Source of the DNA: a virus
DNA: 64,000 nucleotides
Direction: 5' to 3' (one strand)
Virus record (IMG/VR): IMGVR_UViG_3300030117_007501
Location: 1 to 64,000 of that record
Position numbers and translations under genes: made by a program. The notes under the pieces are model-generated. The model did no database searches. It saw only the letters and a list, made by a program, of their open reading frames with translations, and was not told the origin of the DNA. Below are positions 1-8,358 of the stretch, one piece after another. The stretch's first letter is position 1, and each line of letters begins with the position of its first letter.

Positions 1-19
1 TAAGCAATATTAGGAGAAA

Positions 20-1150
20 ATGGTGGCAAAAATAACCAAAATCAAGACTGGTAAAGTTTCGTTTGAGCAAATGAAGTCTCTTGTCAACAAGAGAGCAGGC
101 TCCACTGTTGCTTATAGTCTTAAAGAAGATAATCCAACCGAGGTAAAGGAGTGGATTCCAACTGGCTCACGCTGGCTGGATTCAATCACGTGTAAAGGTA
201 AGTTGGCAGGTATTCCAGTAGGGAAGATATCAGAAATTGCAGGATTGGAGTCGACTGGTAAGAGCTTTATGGCAGCTCAGGTAGCAGCGAATGCTCAAAA
301 GATGGGAATTGACGTTGTGTACTTTGATTCTGAATCTGCAATCGATCCAGACTTTTTGGAACGCGCTGGCTGTGATTTAGAAAGGCTTCTATATACACAG
401 GCTCAGTCTGTTGAATTCGTACTGGAAACCATCGAAGATTTGTTGTCGACTGGCAATAAACTTTTATTCATCTGGGACTCGCTGGCGTTAACGCCATCAG
501 TATCAGATATTGCAGGGGACTTCAATCCCAATGCGGAAGTTGGCAAGAAAGCAAGGATTTTGTCTAAAGGCATGTCTAAGTTGGTTGTGCCCATTGCTAA
601 TGCGGATGCGACATTGCTAGTTCTTAATCAGTTAAAAACTAACATTACTCGCTCACCCACTGAGGCGCTGACAACGCCTTATATGACGCCTGGCGGCAAG
701 TCTTTACCATATTCCTATTCTTTAAGAATTTGGCTGACTGGCAGAAAGGCAAAAGCGTCCTTTGTGAAGGATGAAAACGGGTTTCGCATCGGCTCAGAGG
801 TGAAGGCAAAGATTGAAAAATCTCGTTTCGGCACCGCTGGAAGAATGTGCAACTTTAAGATTTTGTGGGGAGATAGTGGAGAAATCGGAGTCCAAGATAA
901 GGAAAGCTGGTTTGACGCCATCCAGATATCGGAAAATCTTAAGCAATCGGGTGCCTGGTTCGCCCTCGTTCATGAAGACGGAACTGAAGAGAAGTTTCAA
1001 CGCAAAGGTTGGCTAAGTAAGTTGGAAGACGAGAGGTTTTCCAACAGAGTTTTGCAGATAATTGATGAAGACGTCATTAAGAAGTTTTCTGATAGAACTG
1101 GCAAGGCTTCTGACTTTTATGAAACTGAAGAAACTGAGGTTAAGGACTGA
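20..1150 (+). CDS. recA: RecA/UvsX-like recombinase
   Basis: Walker A GLESTGKS, Walker B FIWDS, LNQL and TPGG motifs typical of RecA. Confidence 0.93.
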   Translation: MVAKITKIKTGKVSFEQMKSLVNKRAGSTVAYSLKEDNPTEVKEWIPTGSRWLDSITCKGKLAGIPVGKISEIAGLESTGKSFMAAQVAANAQKMGIDVVYFDSESAIDPDFLERAGCDLERLLYTQAQSVEFVLETIEDLLSTGNKLLFIWDSLALTPSVSDIAGDFNPNAEVGKKARILSKGMSKLVVPIANADATLLVLNQLKTNITRSPTEALTTPYMTPGGKSLPYSYSLRIWLTGRKAKASFVKDENGFRIGSEVKAKIEKSRFGTAGRMCNFKILWGDSGEIGVQDKESWFDAIQISENLKQSGAWFALVHEDGTEEKFQRKGWLSKLEDERFSNRVLQIIDEDVIKKFSDRTGKASDFYETEETEVKD

Positions 1151-1168
1151 TAATCCCGCTTAAAGTCC

Positions 1169-1197
1169 TTGACTTTTCCAGCCACCTCTGGTATTCT
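1169..1197 (+). promoter_or_regulatory. sigma70-type promoter
   Basis: TTGACT-N17-TATTCT upstream of the 1224 gene. Confidence 0.6.
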
Positions 1198-1217
1198 GCC
1201 AGAGGTGGCTTTATTTT
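1180..1217 (+). terminator. intrinsic terminator after recA
   Basis: perfect 12-bp stem AGCCACCTCTGG/CCAGAGGTGGCT, 7-nt loop, followed by TTATTTT. Confidence 0.7.
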
Positions 1218-1223
1218 AGGAGT

Positions 1224-2195
1224 ATGAATATGAGAGTAATGATAGTAGACGCATTGAATCAATTTTTGAGATCTTACATTGTTGATCCAAGCATGTCATC
1301 GAATGGACAGCCTATCGGTGGTTCAAAGGGGTTTCTCAAAATCCTCAATAAGTTGACAAGGGAAATTAAGCCAGATAAGATATTCGTCGTATGGGACGGA
1401 GAAGGCGGCTCGACGAGAAGAAAGGCTGTCAATAAGAACTATAAAGCTGGAAGAAAGCCTCTTCGTTTAAACCGTGATATTAGAAATATGACGGAACAAG
1501 AAGAGGAAGAAAACAAAACCTGGCAACAAGTCAGGGTGCTGGAGTATCTGAATCAAACACCAGTGATTCAGTTTTTAGAGCCTCGCGTAGAAGCGGACGA
1601 TGTTATTGCGGCAATTGTACAACACCCATCTATGCAGGAGCACCAAAAGGTGATTGTATCTTCCGACAAGGACTTTATTCAACTGTTGGATGACAAGACA
1701 GTCCTTTATCGCCCCACTCAGAAACAAGTTCTGAACAAGAATGCCGTTATCGAGGAATACGGGATTCATCCAACTAATTTTGCTTTAGCTAGGGCAATCG
1801 TCGGCGATTCGAGCGACAACCTTGCGGGACTTAAAGGTGTTGGCTTGGGTACGGTAGCAAAAAGGTTTCCCTTCTTGTCAGAGGATAAGACATATTTCTT
1901 GAATGACTTGGTTGAGAGCTGCCAAGAGCAAGAGTCACCCCTAAAGGTGCATCACTCTATTGTGGCAGAGCAAAAACTAATCGAACAAAACTATAAGCTT
2001 ATGCAGCTTTATTCTCCTTCTCTGCCGGTGCAAACGCACAACAAAATTAGAGAAGTGATGGAAGAGTTTGAACCAGAGTTCAATAAGAGTGGTTTAAGAG
2101 CGGAAATGCACAAGGATGGTATCGGAGAGGTATCTCTGAATGACTTGTTCGTGGCATTTAATAGATTTGTTTCAGATTTTAAAAAAAACACTTGA
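1224..2195 (+). CDS. 5'-3' exonuclease / flap endonuclease (PolI N-terminal or T4 RNase H-like)
   Basis: IVDALN, YKAGR, EADD, SSDKDF, GDSSDNL..LKGVG motifs. Confidence 0.92.
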   Translation: MNMRVMIVDALNQFLRSYIVDPSMSSNGQPIGGSKGFLKILNKLTREIKPDKIFVVWDGEGGSTRRKAVNKNYKAGRKPLRLNRDIRNMTEQEEEENKTWQQVRVLEYLNQTPVIQFLEPRVEADDVIAAIVQHPSMQEHQKVIVSSDKDFIQLLDDKTVLYRPTQKQVLNKNAVIEEYGIHPTNFALARAIVGDSSDNLAGLKGVGLGTVAKRFPFLSEDKTYFLNDLVESCQEQESPLKVHHSIVAEQKLIEQNYKLMQLYSPSLPVQTHNKIREVMEEFEPEFNKSGLRAEMHKDGIGEVSLNDLFVAFNRFVSDFKKNT

Positions 2196-2220
2196 ATTGT
2201 TCTGCAATCTAGGTTAGAAT
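2192..2220 (+). promoter_or_regulatory. sigma70-type promoter
   Basis: TTGAAT-N17-TAGAAT. Confidence 0.55.
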
Positions 2221-2244
2221 AAGATATTCAATTAAGGAAAAATC

Positions 2245-3618
2245 ATGAAGAATGAGCGGGAAGACTTCTCCAGATTTGGAAAGTCATTTCAAGAGGACTT
2301 GTGTCAGTTGATGCTGACAGATCGCCCTTTTGCAGATCAGATGTTTGAGGTGTTTGACACAAATTTTTTAGAGCTTAAATACCTCCGGACATTTGTGGAA
2401 CTCATTCGAAACTATAGGAACAAATATAACGTTCAGCCAACGCAAAAGATAATGTTGTCTCTTTTGCGCACTGAGCTTAAAGAAGAGCCTGAGCCAATTC
2501 GAATCCGTATTCGAGATTATTACACTAGGGTTATTTCGACTCGCCTGGAAGTCGAGGGCTCTGAGTACATCAAGGACCAGGCTCTTGATTTCTGCAGAAA
2601 GCAGAAGCTTAAAGAGGCAATGATTAAGTCGGTTAGTCTTATAAAGCGCTCCTCTTTTGAGGAGATAAGCAAGGTAATTAATGACGCCATTAAGCTTGGG
2701 AGTGACAATAACTTCGGGTATGACTACTTTTTAGATTTCGAGAAACGTTTCGAATTAAAGGTAAGAAATCCAGTTTCTTTTGGCTGGAAAGAGATGGATG
2801 ACATCACTAAGGGTGGACTAGGAAAGGGTGAGTTGGGTGTTGTCATTGCTCCAACTGGCGCCGGAAAGAGTATGGTTCTTGTTCATTTGGGGGCGCAAGC
2901 CCTCAAGCAAGGAAAGAATGTTATTCACTATACTTTAGAGCTGGCTGACACGGTTGTTGCGAACAGGTACGATAGTGCCATCACGGGAATAGGGCTTTCG
3001 GACTTGAGAGCGTTTAAGGAGAAGGTATACGAAGAGATACAAGACATCGAGGGAAAACTGATAGTGAAGGAGTATCCCACACGCTCAGCATCCATTCAAA
3101 CAATAAAAAATCATCTAGAAAAAATGAAGCTTAGAGGCTTTGAGCCGGACATGATAATCGTTGATTACGGAGACTTAATAAAACCAGCTTCTTCGTCGAA
3201 AGATGAGAAAAGACATCAGTTGGAAACTATTTATGAAGAGTTACGAGGTTTAGCGCAGATTTATGAGTGCCCCATTTGGACAGCTTCCCAAACCAATCGT
3301 TCCGGACTTAACGCCGAAGTTATAACTATGGAATCAATCTCCGAAGCATTTAATAAATGCTTCGTTGCTGATTTTATATTTACTGTTTCTAGAACGATAA
3401 AGGATAAGGGCACTAACGGTGGTAGGATTTTTGTAGCAAAAAATAGAAATGGTCCAGATGGAATTATACATCCAATATTTATGGACACTAGTAACGTAAA
3501 AATTAAGGTTTTACCACCTACAGACGAGACAGTGAACGACATTGTTGAAAAAGCTGCTAAACACCAGATGGAATTGTTAAAAGAAAAATATAAGGACTTT
3601 AAGAAGGGAGGAACGTGA
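2245..3618 (+). CDS. DnaB-like (T4 gp41-like) replicative helicase
   Basis: APTGAGKS Walker A, IIVDY, TASQTNR, KNRNG motifs. Confidence 0.92.
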   Translation: MKNEREDFSRFGKSFQEDLCQLMLTDRPFADQMFEVFDTNFLELKYLRTFVELIRNYRNKYNVQPTQKIMLSLLRTELKEEPEPIRIRIRDYYTRVISTRLEVEGSEYIKDQALDFCRKQKLKEAMIKSVSLIKRSSFEEISKVINDAIKLGSDNNFGYDYFLDFEKRFELKVRNPVSFGWKEMDDITKGGLGKGELGVVIAPTGAGKSMVLVHLGAQALKQGKNVIHYTLELADTVVANRYDSAITGIGLSDLRAFKEKVYEEIQDIEGKLIVKEYPTRSASIQTIKNHLEKMKLRGFEPDMIIVDYGDLIKPASSSKDEKRHQLETIYEELRGLAQIYECPIWTASQTNRSGLNAEVITMESISEAFNKCFVADFIFTVSRTIKDKGTNGGRIFVAKNRNGPDGIIHPIFMDTSNVKIKVLPPTDETVNDIVEKAAKHQMELLKEKYKDFKKGGT

Positions 3619-3622
3619 GAAA

Positions 3623-5491
3623 ATGAAAGAACTATCTAATGAAATATTATCCGACATTACCGTGCACATGAAGTATGCAAGGTTTTTGCCTGCAGAGAAT
3701 AGAAGAGAAACTTGGAACGAGCTGGTGACTAGAAACATGAATATGCACCTGAAAAAGTATCCAGGGTTAGAACTACAGATTCGCAAGGCATACAAGTTGG
3801 TATATGATAAGAAAGTTCTTCCTTCCATGCGTTCGATGCAATTTGGTGGAAAGCCGATTGAAATTAATCCATCTCGAATTTTTAATTGCGCCTTTGTTGC
3901 TCTCGACGACTATAGGGCATTTAGCGAGTCGATGTTTTTGCTTCTCGGCGGCACAGGGGTTGGTTTTTCAGTTCAGAGGCACCACGTTGAAAAGCTGCCG
4001 GAAATAAGAAAGCCCACTTCAAGCAGAACCTACAGGTACCTCATTCAGGACAGTATTGAGGGCTGGGCAGACGCTGTTAAAGTGTTGATGGAAACTTACT
4101 ATGGATATCGCAATAGTCATATTCGGTTCGATTACGGAGACATCAGACAAAAGGGCGAAAGATTAGTTACTTCCGGAGGAAAGGCTCCTGGCCCTCAGCC
4201 GCTCAAAGAGTGTCTCCTAAAAATCAAAGGCATTCTGGAAAGCAAAGAAGACGGACAACAGCTTGAGACTATTGAAGCTCATGACATCATGTGCCATATC
4301 GCCGACGCTGTACTGGCGGGAGGAATTCGCAGAGCGGCAATGATTTCGCTTTTCTCAGCTGATGATAGTGAGATGATATCTGCAAAAACCGGTAGTTGGT
4401 GGGAGAAGAATCCACAAAGAGGCAGAGCAAACAATTCTGTAGTCATAATGAGACATAGGATAACGAAGGACACTTTTCTAGAGTTGTGGGAGAGGATACG
4501 TGCCTCTGGAGCCGGTGAACCAGGGTTTTCGTTCACTAACGACAAAGAACGAGGATTTAACCCGTGTCATGAAATTTCCTTAAGATCTTGTCAGTTTTGC
4601 AACTTGACGGAGATTAACGTTAGCGATATAGAAGATCAGAAGGACTTTGAAGAACGTGCACGTGTTGCTTCTTTTATAGGGACTTTGCAGGCAGGTTATA
4701 CGGACTTTCACTATTTGCGACCAGTTTGGCAAACAAACACGGACAAGGACGCACTTTTGGGAGTTAGCATGACTGGTATTGCCTCCGGTACGGTGTTGGA
4801 GCTTGACATGAAGGCTGCAGCAGCAATAGTAAAGAAGGAGAACGCTAGGGTGGCAGAGCTTATTGATATCTCACCAGCCGCGAGAACTACGTGCGTTAAG
4901 CCTGCAGGTACGACTTCTTTGGTGCTTGGTACATCGAGCGGAATTCACGCCTGGCATAACGACTATTATGTTAGAAGAATCAGAGTAGGGAAGAATGAGC
5001 CGATATATTCGTTTTTGGCTAAAAGCCATCCGGAACTAGTAGAAGACGAATATTTTCGTCCACACGATACGGCAGTGATTTCAGTCCCCCAAAAAGCGCC
5101 GGAGGGAGCTATCCTGAGAACAGAGTCTGCATTGCAGTTGCTGAAGAGGGTGAAGCACGTCACGGAGAATTGGGTTTTTCCCGGCGGCGGAAAGGGCCCA
5201 AACAACCATAATGTTTCTGCAACAATATCTCTCAAGGATTCTGAGTGGACAGACGTAGGCGAATGGATGTGGGAAAACAGAGAATCTTACACGGGACTTT
5301 CGGTACTTCCGTACGATGGTGGAAGCTATAAGCAGGCACCATTTGAGGACTGCTCCAGAGAGAGGTATGAGGCTCTTATGTCTTCGTTAAAAAACGTAGA
5401 TCTAACGAAGGTTTCAGAGTCGGAAGATAATACTGATTTGACTGGCGAAGCAGCTTGTGCTGGTGGAAGTTGTGAAATAAAGTTTCTATAG
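3623..5491 (+). CDS. nrdJ: class II (adenosylcobalamin-dependent) ribonucleotide reductase
   Basis: FNC, NPCHEI, CNLTE, TCVKPAGT, C-terminal CAGGSC; no beta subunit in the window. Confidence 0.88.
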   Translation: MKELSNEILSDITVHMKYARFLPAENRRETWNELVTRNMNMHLKKYPGLELQIRKAYKLVYDKKVLPSMRSMQFGGKPIEINPSRIFNCAFVALDDYRAFSESMFLLLGGTGVGFSVQRHHVEKLPEIRKPTSSRTYRYLIQDSIEGWADAVKVLMETYYGYRNSHIRFDYGDIRQKGERLVTSGGKAPGPQPLKECLLKIKGILESKEDGQQLETIEAHDIMCHIADAVLAGGIRRAAMISLFSADDSEMISAKTGSWWEKNPQRGRANNSVVIMRHRITKDTFLELWERIRASGAGEPGFSFTNDKERGFNPCHEISLRSCQFCNLTEINVSDIEDQKDFEERARVASFIGTLQAGYTDFHYLRPVWQTNTDKDALLGVSMTGIASGTVLELDMKAAAAIVKKENARVAELIDISPAARTTCVKPAGTTSLVLGTSSGIHAWHNDYYVRRIRVGKNEPIYSFLAKSHPELVEDEYFRPHDTAVISVPQKAPEGAILRTESALQLLKRVKHVTENWVFPGGGKGPNNHNVSATISLKDSEWTDVGEWMWENRESYTGLSVLPYDGGSYKQAPFEDCSRERYEALMSSLKNVDLTKVSESEDNTDLTGEAACAGGSCEIKFL

Positions 5492-5504
5492 AGGTAGTTA
5501 TAGT

Positions 5505-6056
5505 ATGAAGAGAATATACAGGGAATGGAAGAAGTATTTGCTCAAGGAAGAGCTGGAGAAATACGTTGAAGGTGGAATGATAGAGTTGTTTCGTTTTTCA
5601 GCTCGAGATATGGACAAGATCCCTCTAGATCCAGAAAAGTTTCGAAGTGCTCGCATGTCTTATAGCAAGAATGATTACAATGTTTCTTCTTTCCCTAGAG
5701 TTTTCTTCTATTTGGATCCCTCACATCTGGAAACAGTCGTAGCAGGAGCTAAAAAAAACCTCTATTCTGTCAAAGTGTCGGCTTCTGACATATATGACTT
5801 AGTAGAGGATCCAGAAGACTTGTTGCACAAGTCGAAAAAGGCTTCGGGCATGGTAGTGCCTAATTTGGATAAAGTGTTGAAGTCCCTAGCTAAAGAAGAC
5901 AAGCCAGGGCTTTATCCAGAGTATTTCACCCCTATAAGGGATGAGGACGCACAAAGATATAAAGGTGTCTATTACCGAATAAACCAAGGAACAAAAGATA
6001 TTGTTATCTGGTTTGATAAAATAGAAGCAACAAGAGTAGAAAGAGAAGAAATATGA
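5505..6056 (+). CDS. hypothetical protein with W-type N-terminal leader (candidate virion-internal protein)
   Basis: 183-aa ORF starting MKRIYREWKKYLLKEE; GTAGTTAT immediately upstream. Confidence 0.6.
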   Translation: MKRIYREWKKYLLKEELEKYVEGGMIELFRFSARDMDKIPLDPEKFRSARMSYSKNDYNVSSFPRVFFYLDPSHLETVVAGAKKNLYSVKVSASDIYDLVEDPEDLLHKSKKASGMVVPNLDKVLKSLAKEDKPGLYPEYFTPIRDEDAQRYKGVYYRINQGTKDIVIWFDKIEATRVEREEI

Positions 6057-6352
6057 AAATTGGTGATGTAGTATATAATGAGTGGCACGGAATTAGAAGA
6101 TATGGTGTTGTGCAGTCGCTGAGCGTTAAGGAAGAGGGCTTGAATGTTCCTTGGGCATACGCTAGAGTTAAGTGGTTTGATGATGAACCTTACGAGAAGG
6201 TTGTGGAGAACACGAACCTCTTGAGGAATGACGGCACAGATATCTATAAAGACGAGTATAGAATTGATAAAATAACTAATATCAATTTGGATAGAGAGGT
6301 GTCGACATTGACTAAGATTAAGGAATATATTGAGCTGGAGGAGCTATATTAA
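6053..6352 (+). CDS. small SH3/KOW-like beta-barrel protein
   Basis: MKIGDVV...YGVV...ARVKWFD pattern. Confidence 0.55.
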   Translation: MKIGDVVYNEWHGIRRYGVVQSLSVKEEGLNVPWAYARVKWFDDEPYEKVVENTNLLRNDGTDIYKDEYRIDKITNINLDREVSTLTKIKEYIELEELY

Positions 6353-6353
6353 G

Positions 6354-6980
6354 ATGATGGAAGAAGTTATAGGAATATGGAGAAAATTTATTTCTGAGTC
6401 TTCTTTGTCTAGAGTTCACAGGCACATGGAACAGCGTGAAACAGCAGTGATAACAGCGTTCCGAGGAGACATACAGGATTCCAGCAAGTGCACAGAGCGC
6501 GCCGACACTCCTTCTGAGGGAGATGATAATCTTTCTAGAAATAGAGACTTAAAGGCGGCATTGTTATCTCTCGGTTACGGAGTCACGAAGGCAAAGGGCT
6601 CTTATATAGAGAACTTCAATACACCTGAAGCTTTCGAAGTTAGCGAAGACAGCATGTTTGTGGTGAACCTCGAAGATGATCCAAGCTTTGTCGATTCTAT
6701 AACTACTTTGGGTGAGAAATATTGTCAGGATTCTGTACTAATAATACCGAAGGGCGCCGAAGGCGCCTATCTGATGGGAACCAACAATTCTGAGTTTCCT
6801 GGGTATGGAAACAAGATAGAAGTCGGCGAGAGAGATTTCGGAAGAGAAAAAGAGTTTATGACCAAGGTTAGAAACCGCCCCTTCACGTTCGGAGAAGGGC
6901 TCGAAACTTATAAGAAGCTTTCTAGAAATGAGAGGATGGCAGTTAAGGCAATTGCCAAGAAAGTTTTAAAAAACACTTGA
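6354..6980 (+). CDS. phage protein with W-type leader, possible SAM lyase-like fold
   Basis: GGAGGAG RBS before ATG 6354; ITAFRG, GSYIE, EDS, QDSVL motifs. Confidence 0.45.
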   Translation: MMEEVIGIWRKFISESSLSRVHRHMEQRETAVITAFRGDIQDSSKCTERADTPSEGDDNLSRNRDLKAALLSLGYGVTKAKGSYIENFNTPEAFEVSEDSMFVVNLEDDPSFVDSITTLGEKYCQDSVLIIPKGAEGAYLMGTNNSEFPGYGNKIEVGERDFGREKEFMTKVRNRPFTFGEGLETYKKLSRNERMAVKAIAKKVLKNT

Positions 6981-7005
6981 TTTTTATATAAATTAGTGTT
7001 AATAT
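6977..7005 (+). promoter_or_regulatory. sigma70-type promoter
   Basis: TTGATT-N17-TAATAT. Confidence 0.5.
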
Positions 7006-7041
7006 AATATTACAAAACAAAACAACTAAAGGAGTTTTAAC

Positions 7042-7335
7042 ATGGGTGCGAATTTGTCTATTGTGAGCAACAGCGATACAACCACTATGAGCGTGGAGCA
7101 AAAGGAGACTCACATCACGAGCTATATTAAGAATATGGCTGCAATTGAGGATGCTATGGAGCCGTACAAGGAGTCTAAGAGAGATCTTAAGACTAATTTT
7201 ATTGAAAATGGTTGGCTCACCAAGGAAGAGATTTCAATGGCTGTAAAAGCATACAGAATGATGAAAAGCAATACTGACATTGAGCAGCTGCTGGATTTTT
7301 ACCAGCACGTCAAGAAGACTATCGAGGTGAAGTGA
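7042..7335 (+). CDS. small helical DNA-binding protein (T4 DsbA/GapR-like)
   Basis: strong AAGGAG RBS; helical pattern ITSYIKNM..IE...KE..RDLK. Confidence 0.4.
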   Translation: MGANLSIVSNSDTTTMSVEQKETHITSYIKNMAAIEDAMEPYKESKRDLKTNFIENGWLTKEEISMAVKAYRMMKSNTDIEQLLDFYQHVKKTIEVK

Positions 7336-7655
7336 TGATTCCTCCCTCTCTTAAGCCTGTTAATCGTCATTTGTTGATTGTTCCTCACTTTAAGGGAGAG
7401 GAACCGAATGAGAGCGGCATTCTTCTTCCTGAAGACTACAAGCCACAAGAAGAAAGGTACATTGTCGCAACTGTGGTTGATGTGGCACCAGATTGCGCTG
7501 AGCCATTTCAGAAGTTGCGGAGAGGCACCTTTTCTGACAAGACTGTTGTTGTCGATAAGTCAATGATTGAAGAGGTGAACGTAAAGGATAAGACTAATCA
7601 CCTTATCTTGGAGAATTATGTTGTAGGGCTATTGCGAGGATTAAATGAGGATTGA
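7332..7655 (+). CDS. groES: GroES-like co-chaperonin
   Basis: LKPVNRHLLIVP, ESGILLPE mobile-loop motif, ATVVDVA, LILENYVVG. Confidence 0.7.
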   Translation: MMIPPSLKPVNRHLLIVPHFKGEEPNESGILLPEDYKPQEERYIVATVVDVAPDCAEPFQKLRRGTFSDKTVVVDKSMIEEVNVKDKTNHLILENYVVGLLRGLNED

Positions 7656-8358
7656 ATTGTTCGATGACGGCATCGGAGCCGTCGAGTATGTGTCTCACAT
7701 GGGCAGCGATTTAACTGTTGTTAACGCTGCTAGGGTTTCGTTTGGAGCTAACAAAGAGGAGTTGGACGAAAAGGATGTAAAGCTTATTAAGTATCTTATA
7801 AAGCACAACCACACTAGTCCGTTCGAGCACTGTAGTTTAACAATGAGGTTTACAGTGCCTCTCTTCATAAGAAGTCAGCACCACCGTCATCGAACTTGGG
7901 CATATAATGAGATTAGCAGGAGATATACTTCTGTTGATATGGAATTCTATGAACCAAGCGAGTTTAGAACTCAGCATAAGTCTAACAGACAAGCCAGTAA
8001 CGACGAGCTGATTAATCCTAATATCAGCCAAGTGGGTGGAAATAGGATATATCCATCGAGTGCTTATTATGCGTCAGAAGCGATAAAAAACCATCATACT
8101 AATAGCTTAAAGCTTTATGAGTCTCTTATCGGTTCTGGCGTATGTAGAGAGCAAGCAAGAGGAGTCCTTCCTCAAAATCTGTATACTCAGTATTATGGAA
8201 CTGTCAATCTTCACAATTTGTTGAAGTTCATTGGGCTACGCGTCCACAAGGGCGCTCAGTGGGAAATTCAGAAAGTTGCGCTCGCCTGCCTAGACATCGC
8301 GGGAAATTTTTTCCCAGAAGCTGTAGAGGCATATAGGGAAACATACACGGAGAAATAA
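7645..8358 (+). CDS. thyX: flavin-dependent thymidylate synthase
   Basis: AARVS, HTSPFEH, RHRTWAYNEISRRY, AQWEI. Confidence 0.96.
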   Translation: MRIELFDDGIGAVEYVSHMGSDLTVVNAARVSFGANKEELDEKDVKLIKYLIKHNHTSPFEHCSLTMRFTVPLFIRSQHHRHRTWAYNEISRRYTSVDMEFYEPSEFRTQHKSNRQASNDELINPNISQVGGNRIYPSSAYYASEAIKNHHTNSLKLYESLIGSGVCREQARGVLPQNLYTQYYGTVNLHNLLKFIGLRVHKGAQWEIQKVALACLDIAGNFFPEAVEAYRETYTEK

